A DNA stretch of 32,000 nt from Wallemia ichthyophaga EXF-994 (Eukaryota > Fungi > Basidiomycota): positions 30,001 through 62,000 of the forward strand of contig NW_008806301.1 of assembly GCF_000400465.1 (NCBI RefSeq), read 5' to 3'. The position numbers and the translations under genes were made by a program. Below the pieces are notes generated by a model. The model was not told the DNA's origin, did not search any database, and saw only the letters and a list, made by a program, of their open reading frames with translations. Below, one piece after another: positions 31,045 to 32,000 of the stretch. The stretch's first letter is position 1. Each line of letters starts with the position of its first letter.

Positions 31045-31478
31045 TGGATTCGCTATTTAATGATACATTTAGATTCATTTAGGTTTGTTTGGTGAGTGTG
31101 TGAGTGTTTGAGTGCTTATATTTGCATTCTAAATTGCATATCTTAGATAATACATAATTATCACCAAATCACAGCAGGTCAAAGTCATCAAGCTGATCTA
31201 GTATACGAAATCCACCACAACATAACGCCACTCACCTCGTCATTGTATTACCTTACAGCTCTTTTGAACACCCTCATTTACGCGTTTTGTTTCGCATACG
31301 CCCTACGCTACGCTCATAGAAATTGACAATTATAATTTATCATGATTAATTTAAATGCAAATATCATTTTATACAGTTTTATTGACTTGTCGATTGATAA
31401 CTGTTCTATTTGAATTGATTTTATGAGTTGAATTTGTTGATCCACCTTGTCTTAACTTGATTACCACCTCAAGCTAAT

Positions 31479-32000
31479 CTATAATCTACTCAGAACTGTA
31501 TTCATGCGATCAATCAGGTATGATCTGATATCGTATACGCCATAAGTGAAATCTAAGCCAGTAAATGCACAAAGCATTTCAATAGCCTGCTTAAAACCAC
31601 CTTCACTAAGACTACCTTGTTCGTAAAAGCGTGTTATTTGAATAGCGTCAGATTTAATCAAGTCGACCATTGTTGGTTGATGACTCAATTTTCTCTTCAA
31701 CTCCATTATCCATGCTAACTCATTATCCATCCTCTCTTGCTCGACTGAGTACTTTTCATGATTAAGATCATCGACAGCAACAGCAGCTGAAGCGAGTGCC
31801 AAGAGGTGATTATTAGCATGGTGATCTGAAAGAGCGTAGTTTGGTGCGCTAATATATGAACCATCATGTCTAGTTTGAGCGGGGAGTGAATGTGACAAAG
31901 ATTGAACTTGATGTTGTTGAGGGTGGTGGGTGTATGTATAAGACTGTGCTGCTGGAGATTCTACTTGGTTGACCTCTTCCAAATAATCGGTAGTCTCCTC
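31479..32000 (-). CDS. Hypothetical protein, 5'-truncated by the window edge
   Basis: Frame is open from 32000 (EETTDYLEEVNQ...) to the stop at 31479. H/Q-rich segment followed by a helical-looking region; no family recognised. Confidence 0.6.
   Translation of the reverse strand, partial: EETTDYLEEVNQVESPAAQSYTYTHHPQQHQVQSLSHSLPAQTRHDGSYISAPNYALSDHHANNHLLALASAAVAVDDLNHEKYSVEQERMDNELAWIMELKRKLSHQPTMVDLIKSDAIQITRFYEQGSLSEGGFKQAIEMLCAFTGLDFTYGVYDIRSYLIDRMNTVLSRL

Noticed and set aside
1-32000. Intact transposon, integrated virus or secondary-metabolite cluster
   Set aside because: No transposase, reverse transcriptase, integrase, capsid, PKS or NRPS motifs, and no LTR or TIR pairs were found.

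Overview
Gene-dense eukaryotic DNA from a compact fungal genome. Introns are short (44-64 nt, GT-AG, with CTAAC/CTGAC-type branch points) and intergenic gaps are tiny; this architecture suggests a Wallemia-like basidiomycete (inference only). I reconstructed about 19 protein-coding loci by hand-splicing: a DUF4203 membrane protein (runs off the left edge), a CNOT11 homolog, an SRF/Mcm1 MADS-box factor, two related Adr1-type C2H2 factors whose fingers are split over microexons missed by the ORF track, a metallophosphoesterase-fold (DUF2433-like)+RRM protein, a disordered protein, a PXB-PX-DUF3818 protein, Rce1, a GPI-anchored SOD-fold protein, an Ariadne RBR ligase, an old-yellow-enzyme oxidoreductase, TMEM19, a VTT/DedA protein, MYG1, ERCC1/Rad10, a class-IV aminotransferase/MDP-1 locus and a partial ORF at the right edge. 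There are also tRNA-Glu(CTC) and tRNA-Pro(TGG, 9-nt intron). Best leads: (1) an ABZ2/PabC-like aminodeoxychorismate lyase spliced in frame, with no stop, into an MDP-1 HAD phosphatase; (2) a cell-surface SOD-fold protein lacking all four copper-ligand histidines; (3) an ERCC1 tail carrying a duplicated SIM-like acidic motif; (4) an AT-rich tRNA-bounded island containing a decayed ORF, with a near-complete type III hammerhead-like fold just outside it. All exon structures and counts were done by eye; no database searches were run.
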